Position numbers and translations under genes: made by a program
Origin: Synechococcus elongatus PCC 6301
GTDB taxonomy: Bacteria; Cyanobacteriota; Cyanobacteriia; Synechococcales; Synechococcaceae
Reading direction: 5' to 3'
DNA: 32,000 nucleotides
NCBI RefSeq assembly: GCF_000010065.1
Contig: NC_006576.1
Coordinates: forward strand, 1,200,001-1,232,000
The notes under the pieces: model-generated
What the model was told of the DNA's origin: nothing
Seen by the model: the letters and a program-made list of their open reading frames with translations, nothing else
Database searches by the model: none
Part shown: piece after piece, positions 1 through 8,930 of the stretch
How the letters are laid out: every line of letters starts with the position of its first letter
Position numbering within the stretch: the stretch's first letter is position 1

Positions 1-1498
1 GCTCTGCTTTCCCAATCGGGAGCGACTCCCAGCCTTCTTCCGGCAGGGGTACGCCAATACCATTCCCGCGCGGGAAACGCATGGCGATCGGGCCGTCGTA
101 TTCAATACCCGTCACTAGCATCCGCTGCAGTTCGGCCTCATCTTTCGGTGCCATCAGCACCATGTTGGGAATCAGCCGCAGGTAAGCAATGTCGTACATG
201 CCTTGGTGTGTCGGGCCATCCGCGCCAACTATCCCCGCGCGATCGAGGCAGAAGAAGACGGGCAGCTTTTGGATACAAACGTCGTGGATGACTTGATCAA
301 AGGCCCGCTGCAGGAAGGTGGAATAGATTGCCACCACCGGACGCATGCCATCGCAGGCCATACCGGCAGCTAGCACCACGGCGTGCTGTTCGGCAATGCC
401 AACATCGATGTATTGCTTCGGCAGCGCCTTCTGGAGAATGTCCAAGCCGGTGCCTGTCGCCATCGCAGCCGTAATCCCGACAATGCGGCGATCGCTCTTG
501 GCCAAGGTCGTCAGGGTTTGGCCAAACACTTTGGAATGGCTAGGCGGCTTCGGTTTTGAAGCTGGTTTAGCCTTCCCTGTCGCCAGATCAAAGGGATTTT
601 GGGCATGATAGCCAACCTGATCTTCTTCAGCGTAGGGATAGCCCTTACCCTTGGTTGTGGCAACGTGGACGAGTACTGGTCCGGTGTGTTTGTGCGCTTC
701 GCGGAAGGTGGCGATCAGTTCTTCAAGGTTGTGACCATCCACTGGCCCCATGTAGGTGAAGCCCAGCTCTTCAAAGACCGCCCCAATCTTGCTGTAGGAG
801 AGGCGCTTCATGCCTTCCTTAACCGGCTCAAAGCCTTGGGTAATGGCGCCGCCGACGAAGGGAATTTGTTGCATCCCCTGGGTCAAACCATCGGTGAGCA
901 ACTGCATCGGCTCACTAACCCGAATCTTATTCAGATAGCGAGAGAGCGCACCCACGTTGGGCGAGATCGACATGTCATTGTCGTTGAGCACGACCAACAG
1001 CCGTGTTTTGGGCAAGTGACCAGCGTGGTTGATGGCTTCCAAGGCCATGCCACCGGTGAGCGATCCATCACCAATCACAGCGACACATCGGTAGTCTTCG
1101 CCCTGGGCATCCCGTGCTAGAGCCATACCGAGGGCAGCAGAAATACTGGTGGAAGCGTGACCGGCACCGAAATGATCGAAGCGGTTTTCCGTGCGCTTCA
1201 GGTAGCCCGCAATGCCATCCTTTTGCCGCAAGGTATGGAAGTTGTGATAGCGCCCTGTCAGCAGCTTGTGGGGATAGGCTTGGTGGCCAACGTCCCAAAC
1301 CACTTTGTCGCGATCGAGATCGAGCGTTTGGTAAAGCGCTAGGGTCAATTCCACCACGCCCAAGCCCGGCCCGAGGTGCCCACCGGTCGCTGCAACCGTC
1401 TGCAGGTGCTTCTCACGAATCTGGTGGCCAATTTGCTCAAGCTGAGCAACCGACAACCCGTGGAGCTGGTTGGGATGGGTAATTTCGCTGAGATGCAT
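1..1498 (-). CDS. dxs: 1-deoxy-D-xylulose-5-phosphate synthase, partial (C-terminus runs off the left edge)
   Basis: Manual minus-strand translation from ATG at 1498: [32 protein letters not shown]...[18 protein letters not shown]...[15 protein letters not shown]...[23 protein letters not shown]. Typical Dxs motifs. Not in the ORF track, probably because it is truncated by the window edge. Confidence 0.96.
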   Translation of the reverse strand, partial: MHLSEITHPNQLHGLSVAQLEQIGHQIREKHLQTVAATGGHLGPGLGVVELTLALYQTLDLDRDKVVWDVGHQAYPHKLLTGRYHNFHTLRQKDGIAGYLKRTENRFDHFGAGHASTSISAALGMALARDAQGEDYRCVAVIGDGSLTGGMALEAINHAGHLPKTRLLVVLNDNDMSISPNVGALSRYLNKIRVSEPMQLLTDGLTQGMQQIPFVGGAITQGFEPVKEGMKRLSYSKIGAVFEELGFTYMGPVDGHNLEELIATFREAHKHTGPVLVHVATTKGKGYPYAEEDQVGYHAQNPFDLATGKAKPASKPKPPSHSKVFGQTLTTLAKSDRRIVGITAAMATGTGLDILQKALPKQYIDVGIAEQHAVVLAAGMACDGMRPVVAIYSTFLQRAFDQVIHDVCIQKLPVFFCLDRAGIVGADGPTHQGMYDIAYLRLIPNMVLMAPKDEAELQRMLVTGIEYDGPIAMRFPRGNGIGVPLPEEGWESLPIGKAE

Positions 1499-1659
1499 CA
1501 GACGTCCTCCGGTGGCAGCCAAGACGCGCAACCTTCATTCACTGTAGAGGATGGCCTTCCCCAAACGGTCTCCATTGCTGCGATCGCAACAAGTGAATGC
1601 TAAAACTTGCGAAGAATCTGCTGCTGGCTGCAGTGAACGTTGTGAGGCCGTTATCCACC

Positions 1660-2199
1660 ATGACCCGCTTGTCTATTCCCTTGGCTGCGATCGCTTTCTC
1701 TAGCTTGGCTGGGCTCAGTCTGTCGACCCCTGCCGCCCAAGCAGCGGACTTTGCCGATTGCGCAGCAACCCTGACCGGGTTAGGTCTGGCCGCACCCGTG
1801 GCTGCCAATGCTTGTGCCGGTGCCCAGTTTCCGGCTGATCTGTCGAGCTGCACCGATCGCTTGACCAGCAGTTTGAAATTGACGGCTGCCGATAGCTTGG
1901 CCGCCTGCCGGAGCGTTCGCAAACCCTTAGCAGTAGCAAGCTGTGCCGAGCGGCTGCAGGCTGCTGGTGACGCCACCCCCGCTTTGATTGCCGATGGTTG
2001 CCGGCTGAGCCTAGTGCCCGAGCGCTACGCTAACTGCGTGCTTGGCCTTGGCGATGGCCTCGACTTGACCCGCGACCAGCTGCTGCGGGCTTGCTCTAAC
2101 AACGGTGATGTCCCCCGTCGCATCTATCCCAACTTCACAACCTTGGGTGAAACCCAGCGGGAAAGCATTCCGGCAGTCTCGCCTGCTCCTCGTCCCTAG
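1660..2199 (+). CDS. hypothetical secreted protein with signal peptide and regularly spaced cysteines
   Basis: ORF 1597..2199; the internal ATG at 1660 gives MTRLSIPLAAIAFSSLAGLSLSTPAAQAADFADC..., a clear signal peptide followed by repeated Cys-containing segments. Confidence 0.65.
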   Translation: MTRLSIPLAAIAFSSLAGLSLSTPAAQAADFADCAATLTGLGLAAPVAANACAGAQFPADLSSCTDRLTSSLKLTAADSLAACRSVRKPLAVASCAERLQAAGDATPALIADGCRLSLVPERYANCVLGLGDGLDLTRDQLLRACSNNGDVPRRIYPNFTTLGETQRESIPAVSPAPRP

Positions 2200-2222
2200 C
2201 ACTTAGGGTTCATCTCCCTCGC

Positions 2223-2269
2223 CGCTGCTCGTCTCCGCCTACACTCGGGAGAAGAGCAGCGAATTTTTT
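2223..2269 (+). terminator. Rho-independent terminator-like hairpin immediately upstream of cimA
   Basis: CGCTGCTC(2223-2230)/GAGCAGCG(2254-2261) plus inner TCTCC(2232-2236)/GGAGA(2248-2252), followed by AA and T6 (2264-2269). Confidence 0.75.
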
Positions 2270-3898
2270 ATGACCAGGCCAGCCTCTGCCGCGATCGCGG
2301 TCTACGACACGACCCTGCGCGATGGCGCCCAGCGAGAAGGCTTGTCGCTGTCGCTAGAGGACAAGCTGCGAATTGCCCACTGCCTCGATCGCCTCGGGGT
2401 GAAGTTCATTGAGGGCGGCTGGCCCGGCGCCAATCCTAAGGACGTGCAATTCTTCTGGGAATTACAGCAGCGGCCGCTTCAGCAAGCCGAAGTCGTAGCG
2501 TTCTGCTCCACCCGTCGTCCCGGTCAAATCGCTGGCGAGGATGAACTGCTTAAAGCCCTCCTTGCTGCGGGCACGACTTGGGTCACGATCTTCGGTAAGT
2601 CGTGGGATCTGCATGTTGTCGAAGGGCTGAAAACCAGTCTGGATGAGAATCTGGTGATGATCAGCGACAGCATCGCCTACCTCCGCACCTGCGATCGCCG
2701 CGTCATCTACGATGCTGAGCATTGGTTTGATGGCTACTTGGCGAATCCAGATTACGCCTTGCAGACCTTGGCGGCCGCAATTGAAGCGGGAGCCGAGTGG
2801 ATCGTTCTTTGCGACACCAATGGCGGCTGTTTGCCCCATCAAATCAGCGAGATTGTGGCGGCGGTGCTGGATCGCTTCCCGAGCCTTGCGCCGGATCAAA
2901 CCGGGCCTCAACTGGGCATCCACACCCACAATGATTCTGAGACTGCTGTAGCCAATGCGATCGCGGCAGTGCAGGCCGGTGCCCGCATGGTGCACGGCAC
3001 AATCAATGGTTACGGCGAGCGCTGTGGCAATGCCAATCTCTGCTCTGTCATCCCTAACCTGCAGCTCAAGCTTGGCTATGACTGCGTTGAAACCGAACAA
3101 CTGATGCAGTTGACGGCGACGAGTCGGTTGGTTAGCGAAATCGTCAATCTCGCGCCAGATGATCACGCTGCCTACGTTGGTCAGTCAGCCTTCGCCCACA
3201 AGGGCGGCATCCACGTCAGTGCCGTGGAGCGCAACCCGCTGACCTATGAGCACATTCGCCCCGAGCAAGTCGGCAACCTGCGCCGTATCGTCATTTCCGA
3301 GCAATCTGGCCTCAGTAATGTCCTTGCCAAAGCCCGCAGTTTTGGGCTGGACTTACAGCGAAACGATCCCGCTTGTCGCGATCTCTTGGCGCGCCTCAAG
3401 GAGCTCGAAAGTCAGGGCTACCAATTTGAAGCGGCAGAGGCCAGCTTTGATCTACTGATGCGGGAAGCCACCGGCGATCGCCCTCACTTTTTTGACCTCA
3501 AGGATTTCCATGTCCATTGCAGCAAGCAACGGCAGGAGCTAAATGCTTTAGCCACCGTTAAAGTTGCAGTTACCGGTCGCGATATTTTGGAGTCGGCGGA
3601 AGGCAACGGTCCAGTCTCAGCGCTCGATGCAGCCCTGCGCAAAGCGATCGGCAGCTTTTACCCTGCCGTTATGCAATTCCACCTCTCGGACTACAAGGTG
3701 CGGATTTTGGATGGGGCAGCCGGAACTTCCGCTAAAACGCGCGTCTTGGTGGAGTCGAGCAACGGATCGCAGCGCTGGTCCACTGTCGGCGTCTCGGGCA
3801 ACATCATTGAGGCGTCCTATCAAGCCGTCGTGGAAGGGATTGAGTATGGCCTGCTCTTGCAGCAGCAAGCGCCCCTGCAAGCTGCCGAAAAGCCCTAG
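2270..3898 (+). CDS. cimA: (R)-citramalate synthase (alpha-isopropylmalate/homocitrate synthase family)
   Basis: 542 aa; VYDTTLRDGAQREGLSLSLEDKLRIAHCLDRLGVKFIEGGWPGANPKD, LCDTNGGCLPHQI, QLGIHTHNDSETAVANA, VHGTINGYGERCGNANLCSVIPNLQLKLGY. Confidence 0.93.
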   Translation: MTRPASAAIAVYDTTLRDGAQREGLSLSLEDKLRIAHCLDRLGVKFIEGGWPGANPKDVQFFWELQQRPLQQAEVVAFCSTRRPGQIAGEDELLKALLAAGTTWVTIFGKSWDLHVVEGLKTSLDENLVMISDSIAYLRTCDRRVIYDAEHWFDGYLANPDYALQTLAAAIEAGAEWIVLCDTNGGCLPHQISEIVAAVLDRFPSLAPDQTGPQLGIHTHNDSETAVANAIAAVQAGARMVHGTINGYGERCGNANLCSVIPNLQLKLGYDCVETEQLMQLTATSRLVSEIVNLAPDDHAAYVGQSAFAHKGGIHVSAVERNPLTYEHIRPEQVGNLRRIVISEQSGLSNVLAKARSFGLDLQRNDPACRDLLARLKELESQGYQFEAAEASFDLLMREATGDRPHFFDLKDFHVHCSKQRQELNALATVKVAVTGRDILESAEGNGPVSALDAALRKAIGSFYPAVMQFHLSDYKVRILDGAAGTSAKTRVLVESSNGSQRWSTVGVSGNIIEASYQAVVEGIEYGLLLQQQAPLQAAEKP

Positions 3899-3928
3899 AA
3901 TCCAGAGACTCGCTGTCCTTGCCTGCCC

Positions 3929-4777
3929 ATGTCCGCTGTTGTTCTCGAGTCCGTTTCCAAACAGTTCGGCGATCGCAAGGTTGTCAATCAGCTCTCGTTT
4001 GCCCTCGCCCCAGGGGAATCGTTTGGGCTACTGGGACCGAACGGCGCAGGCAAATCGACCACCATTCGCATGATCACCACCCTGACCCGTCCCAGTCAGG
4101 GTCAGATCACGATCGCCGGCTACGATGTCCAGCGCGATCGCGATCGCGTGCGATCGCAACTCGGCGTTGTGCTGCAGCAAGTCAGCGTCAAGAATGACTT
4201 CACGGTCTGGGAAAACCTTGAATATCACGGGCGACTGCACCACATTCCCGATCGCGAGCGGCAGGAACGAATCAATCGCTGGCTGGACTATGTGGAATTG
4301 AGCGATCGCCGTAACGATCGCGTCCAAACCCTATCCGGCGGCATGAAGCGCCGTCTGCAGATCGCGCGGGCACTACTCCATGAACCGTCGATTCTGCTGC
4401 TGGATGAGCCGACTGTTGGCCTCGATCCACAAACTCGTCGCCGCATCTGGGAGATCATCCGCGATCTCAACCGACAGGGGATGACGGTGCTGCTAACCAC
4501 GCACTACATGGAAGAAGTCGAGTCCCTCTGCGATCGCATCGGTATTTTGGATGGCGGCCAGTTGATTGCCCTCGGGACGCTGGCGGAGCTGCGGCGTCAG
4601 CACGGCGAAGGCTTAGTGGTGAAGCAAAAGGGCGATCGCTGGGACTATCACTTCTTCCCCACAGAAGCGGAGGCGGAGCACTTCCTCGAGAGCCAGGTCG
4701 ACAAGACAGGCTTGATGGTTCGTCCCTCTAACCTCGAAGATATTTTTGTGGAACTGACAGGCCGCAGTCTCGATTGA
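3929..4777 (+). CDS. ABC transporter ATP-binding protein (DrrA/CcmA-like)
   Basis: Walker A LLGPNGAGKSTT, signature TLSGGMKRRLQIARALLHEPSILLLDEPTVGLDP, H-loop LTTHYMEE. Confidence 0.92.
   Translation: MSAVVLESVSKQFGDRKVVNQLSFALAPGESFGLLGPNGAGKSTTIRMITTLTRPSQGQITIAGYDVQRDRDRVRSQLGVVLQQVSVKNDFTVWENLEYHGRLHHIPDRERQERINRWLDYVELSDRRNDRVQTLSGGMKRRLQIARALLHEPSILLLDEPTVGLDPQTRRRIWEIIRDLNRQGMTVLLTTHYMEEVESLCDRIGILDGGQLIALGTLAELRRQHGEGLVVKQKGDRWDYHFFPTEAEAEHFLESQVDKTGLMVRPSNLEDIFVELTGRSLD
4134..4157. repeat. Cluster of three HIP1 (GCGATCGC) octamers
   Basis: GCGATCGC at 4134-4141, 4140-4147 (overlapping) and 4150-4157. HIP1 copies occur throughout the window; another overlapping pair is at 20054-20067. 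Confidence 0.95.
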
Positions 4778-4793
4778 TGATAGAAGCGCACGG

Positions 4794-5345
4794 ATGACGG
4801 TTTCTCTGGCCGCTCGCATCGAAGCCATCCTTTACCTCAAGGGTCAGCCCCTTAGCCTGACCGCGATCGCTGAACATGCCAAATGCGATCGCGATGCTGC
4901 CGCTGATGCCCTGTTGCAGTTGATGGATGACTACGCCCATCGCGACAGCGCCTTGGAATTACTGGAGGATGAACGGGGTTTCTGCCTGCAGCTGCGCCCC
5001 GCCTTACAGGAACTGGTGCATGAACTGCTGCCGGTCGATTTGACCACTGGAACCCTGCGAACCCTCGCCGCGATCGCTCTCAAAGGTCGCATCGCCCAGA
5101 CTGATCTGGTTGATCTACGCGGTTCAGGAGCCTATCAGCAAGTGCAGGAGCTGGTCGAACAGGGATTTATCCAAAAACGCCGCCAGTCCAATGGCCGCTC
5201 CTACTGGCTGGAAGTCACAGACAAGTTTCATCAGTACTTTCAAACCGAGGGCATGAACTTAGAAGCCCTGATTCCCGCGCGATCGCAATCGACAGACAAC
5301 GCGATGGCTGAATCCACTGCTCCAGCAGCACCAGAAGTCGACTAA
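4794..5345 (+). CDS. scpB: Segregation and condensation protein B
   Basis: MTVSLAARIEAILYLKGQPLSLTAIAEHAKC...TLRTLAAIALKGRIAQTDLVDLRGSGAYQQVQELVEQGFIQKRR; winged-helix ScpB pattern. Confidence 0.88.
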   Translation: MTVSLAARIEAILYLKGQPLSLTAIAEHAKCDRDAAADALLQLMDDYAHRDSALELLEDERGFCLQLRPALQELVHELLPVDLTTGTLRTLAAIALKGRIAQTDLVDLRGSGAYQQVQELVEQGFIQKRRQSNGRSYWLEVTDKFHQYFQTEGMNLEALIPARSQSTDNAMAESTAPAAPEVD

Positions 5346-5438
5346 CGAACCTAGCAAGTTCTGGAAACCGAACTTGGATCCAAACCCACGTGGTAATGGT
5401 GATGCGATAGAGTTTGGGTACGTTTCTGAACCGCCGTA

Positions 5439-5816
5439 ATGGTCTTTAGTTCTGACTTTTTCCACAGCGACACGGAAACCCTTAAGGGCAATGCGTTGTT
5501 GCAGTACCTCCAGCATCAGTCACCAGAAGTGATGGCGCGGGTAGCAAAGTCGGCGACTTCAGATATCCAAGAAATCATTCAACAAAATGTTCAAGGTCTG
5601 CTGGGAATGTTGCCCAGTGAAGGCTTCAATGTTCAAATCGCAACCAGTCGGGAAAATTTAGCTGGCTTACTCGCCTCAGCTATGATGACAGGCTATTTTC
5701 TCCGACAAATGGAGCAACGAATGGAGCTGGATGTCAGCTTGCTGGGTTCTGCCGTTTTCGGCATTCAAACCCCGACTGAAAACAGCAACGAAGAGGATCT
5801 GCTGGACGATCTCTAA
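5439..5816 (+). CDS. DUF760 family protein
   Basis: 125 aa: NALLQYLQHQSPEVMARVAKSATSDIQEIIQQNVQGLLGMLPSEGFNVQIATSRENLAGLLASAMMTGYFLRQMEQRMEL. Confidence 0.75.
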   Translation: MVFSSDFFHSDTETLKGNALLQYLQHQSPEVMARVAKSATSDIQEIIQQNVQGLLGMLPSEGFNVQIATSRENLAGLLASAMMTGYFLRQMEQRMELDVSLLGSAVFGIQTPTENSNEEDLLDDL

Positions 5817-5864
5817 TCCCTAGCGATCGCAAGTCCAAAGGTTGTCTACAATCAATATCCAAGC

Positions 5865-5898
5865 ATCAAAAAGCGCCCCATTCGAGGCGCTTTTTGAT
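5865..5898. terminator. Bidirectional intrinsic terminator between convergent DUF760 gene and psbA
   Basis: Perfect 13-bp stem ATCAAAAAGCGCC (5865-5877) / GGCGCTTTTTGAT (5886-5898), 8-nt loop, T-run on both strands. Confidence 0.92.
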
Positions 5899-5924
5899 TA
5901 TTCAGACTGCTGTAATTCCGGCAA

Positions 5925-7007
5925 TTAACCGTGAATTGAAGGCGCAGTCAAAGCGACCGGGGTCGCTTCGCCTGCTGCCAAGTCGAGCGGGAAGTTGTGA
6001 GCATTACGCTCGTGCATCACTTCCATGCCCAAGTTGGCACGGTTCAACACATCTGCCCAAGTGTTGATCACTTTGCCTTGGCTATCCAAAACCGACTGGT
6101 TGAAGTTGAAACCATTCAGGTTGAACGCCATGGTGCTGATGCCCATGGAGGTAAACCAGATGCCCACGACCGGCCATGCACCCAGGAAGAAGTGCAGCGA
6201 ACGGCTGTTGTTGAACGATGCGTATTGGAAGATCAAGCGACCGAAGTAACCGTGGGCTGCCACGATGTTGTAGGTCTCTTCCTCTTGACCAAATTTGTAG
6301 CCGTAGTTTTGGCTCTCGGTCTCGGTCGTCTCACGCACCAGCGAGCTGGTCACCAACGAACCGTGCATTGCCGAGAACAGCGAACCACCGAACACACCAG
6401 CCACACCCAGCATGTGGAAGGGGTGCATCAAAATGTTGTGCTCTGCTTGGAACACGAACATGAAGTTGAAGGTGCCGCTGATACCCAGGGGCATGCCGTC
6501 CGAGAACGAACCTTGGCCGATCGGGTAGATCAGAAACACTGCAAAAGCAGCCGAGAGTGGAGCACTGTATGCAACACAGATCCAAGGGCGCATACCGAGG
6601 CGGTACGACAGCTCCCATTGACGACCCATGTAGCAGCTGATACCCAGCAAGAAGTGGAAGACCACTAATTGGTAAGGACCACCGTTGTACAGCCACTCGT
6701 CGAGGCTAGCGGCTTCCCAAATCGGATAGAAATGCAGGCCGATGGCGTTGCTGGAAGGAACAACAGCGCCGGAAATGATGTTGTTGCCATACATGAGAGA
6801 GCCGGCAACGGGCTCACGGATGCCGTCGATGTCGACGGGAGGGGCTGCAATGAACGCAACGATGAAGCAGATGGTGGCGGTCAGCAGAGTGGGGATCATC
6901 AGCACGCCGAACCAACCCACGTAGATGCGGTTGTCGGTGCTGGTTACCCACTCACAAAACCGATCCCAAACGTTATCGCGGCGTTGCTCGCGAAGAATGC
7001 TGGTCAT
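5925..7007 (-). CDS. psbA1: Photosystem II D1 protein, D1:1 (Gln130) form
   Basis: 360 aa full-length D1: [34 protein letters not shown]...[20 protein letters not shown]. Residue 130 counted as Gln ([19 protein letters not shown]). Confidence 0.98.
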
Positions 7008-7029
7008 ATCGATCTTGAGGTTGTAAAGG

Positions 7030-7056
7030 GCAAGAGTCTTAGTTAAAAACTCTTGC
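7030..7056 (-). promoter_or_regulatory. Candidate stem-loop in psbA1 5' leader
   Basis: Perfect 8-bp inverted repeat GCAAGAGT (7030-7037) / ACTCTTGC (7049-7056), 23 nt upstream of the psbA start at 7007. Confidence 0.5.
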
Positions 7057-7265
7057 TTTTTAGGCTAGGAGATTAACTGTCAAAAAGGTGTAAAAAACCC
7101 TTAATTTTTAGCTAAGTAGACACTATTTTTATGTAACGAAAACTTTGTGAATTTATGTAATGTTTAGAGCGATCGCCCAAGGCTACAGTGCTCAACGGAG
7201 CCAAAACTACTGTCTACACTGGATTAGAAGACGCTAAATCCAGCTGAGCGTAGGAGCAACCCCCT

Positions 7266-7484
7266 ATGGCAACCGACAAAGTGATTTGGGTAAATGAACA
7301 ATTCGACCCGGCGGGCATTCTTTACTCGTGCATTGCGACTTGCGACGAGCAGCAGGCTCGCGACTGCCATGAGTCCTTTGAGCGCAATCTGACACCAGAA
7401 CAGCGGGCCAACGGCTGGCGTGCCCAATTGCGGACAGTGGCTTCTTGGGATGAAGTCCCTGCGTCTTCTCTGAAGCTCAGTTAA
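7266..7484 (+). CDS. hypothetical protein, 72 aa
   Basis: MATDKVIWVNEQFDPAGILYSCIATCDEQQARDCHESFERNLTPEQRANGWRAQLRTVASWDEVPASSLKLS; complete ORF outside any other gene. Confidence 0.55.
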   Translation: MATDKVIWVNEQFDPAGILYSCIATCDEQQARDCHESFERNLTPEQRANGWRAQLRTVASWDEVPASSLKLS

Positions 7485-7590
7485 GTCCTGCCGCGATCGC
7501 ACTAAACAGCGGCAAACCTGCGCACCACTCACTGAGAAGGGAAGGTGGCCTTGTCCATCCTCCCCCTCAGTTGTGATTTTTCAGTCTGGA

Positions 7591-8733
7591 CTATTGCTGC
7601 CGCAGCACAATCTCATTCTGGCGAGTTTCACCATTCAGGCTGGCACTGGCTCGCACCACATAGCGAGTGCTACTGGAAACCACGACTGGACGCCGGACTT
7701 GGACAGAGAAGTTGCCATCGCGATCGGCAATGACTTCGCGATCGAGTAAGACAGTGTTGCCAATGTCAATCAGTCCACCCAAGACCGCTGCACTCGATCG
7801 GACTTCAATCCGCACACGGGCATTAGGACGCGTACGACCCATCACAACAAAACCGTTACTGGTAACGCGATCACCATCTTGGAAGTTGGTGAAGATCGGC
7901 GTGAGCTCAGCGATCGCTCCAGCACTGTCGTAGTCGAGGCGCGTAATTTGGCCAGTCCGCAGATTTGCTTGGCAATCAAAGCGAAAAGGTTGGCTGTTGC
8001 GATCAAGGACGGCATCACCCCGCAGTCCTTGCTCCGCATTGGAGATGAAGTAAGAGCGGAGACTCGCTTGCTGGAGGCGCACTTGAGGGCTCAGACGATT
8101 GCGGAGTTCCGCTTGGCAGGCTTGAACTAAGGCTGGACTGATCTCTGGGGGATTGTTTTCTGCTTGATAGTCATAGCTAATGCGCTTAACGCGGCCATTG
8201 CGGAGATTGACCTGGCAGTCAAAGGTGAAGGGCCGAAAGTTACCAGAGCGATCGAGGGTGCCTTCTCCGCTTACGCCCTGTTCATTCCTCGAGATTGGGT
8301 AAGCACGTAGCGTATCAGCGCTGAGCAGAATTCGCTGCCCAATGCGATTGGCAAGGGCCTCTTGGCAACTCCGCCTTAAGCTGTCGCTGACTGTGTCATC
8401 ATTCCCAGCCGATTGATAGTTATATTCCAAGCTAACAACCCGGCCATCCCGCGTATTCAGCTGGCAATCAAATTGAAAAGGCCGAAAGTTGCCACTGCTG
8501 TCGAGATTCCCTCGGCCTCGAATTCCCTGCTCGGCATTAGAAATGAAGTAGGAAGAAAGCGTATCAGTTTGAACTTGAATGCGTTGGCCAATCCGCTCCG
8601 CTAAAGCGCTTTGACAGCGACGCAGGAGGGTGGGATTGACCTCGGCGGCCTGCACGGCCTCAGGGGGCAGGACTGCGATCGCACTTCCCCAGAGTAGGGC
8701 CGCTGTTGTTAGGGCTGTAATCCGTTGAGTCAT
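7591..8733 (-). CDS. hypothetical exported protein with three tandem ~75-aa repeats and a C-terminal beta-rich (Ig-like?) region
   Basis: Signal peptide MTQRITALTTAALLWGSAIAVLPPEAVQA, then three related units around SYFISNAEQGIRG...FRPFQFDCQLNTRDGRV. Confidence 0.75.
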   Translation of the reverse strand: MTQRITALTTAALLWGSAIAVLPPEAVQAAEVNPTLLRRCQSALAERIGQRIQVQTDTLSSYFISNAEQGIRGRGNLDSSGNFRPFQFDCQLNTRDGRVVSLEYNYQSAGNDDTVSDSLRRSCQEALANRIGQRILLSADTLRAYPISRNEQGVSGEGTLDRSGNFRPFTFDCQVNLRNGRVKRISYDYQAENNPPEISPALVQACQAELRNRLSPQVRLQQASLRSYFISNAEQGLRGDAVLDRNSQPFRFDCQANLRTGQITRLDYDSAGAIAELTPIFTNFQDGDRVTSNGFVVMGRTRPNARVRIEVRSSAAVLGGLIDIGNTVLLDREVIADRDGNFSVQVRRPVVVSSSTRYVVRASASLNGETRQNEIVLRQQ

Positions 8734-8930
8734 AGCGAGTACTAGGGATCCCAGGGTCTACTGCTGCCAGCATGCCCAGTCCCCATGGGTGCTGCAACCT
8801 CCAGTTCCCATGCGGCTCTGAGGAACCTCTATCGTTGGGGGGTGGCTAGGGATGTTGGCTTGAGCCTAGGCAAGCTAGAGCGGGTAGGGCATTCTGAGGC
8901 TATATCTTCAATCTTTCGGTTTACGACCCA

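Noticed and set aside
1539-1976. 145-aa minus-strand ORF overlapping the secreted Cys protein
   Set aside because: Antisense to a plus-strand gene with a clear signal peptide; no domain features.
3564-4073. 169-aa plus ORF bridging cimA and the ABC ATPase
   Set aside because: Out of frame within both well-supported genes.
5355-5376. CAAGTTC/GAACTTG 7-bp hairpin downstream of scpB as a terminator
   Set aside because: No T-run and only a 7-bp stem; too weak to call.
5997-6668. 223-aa plus-strand ORF inside psbA
   Set aside because: Entirely antisense to the highly conserved D1 gene; no recognisable domain, explained by codon bias leaving few stops on the opposite strand.
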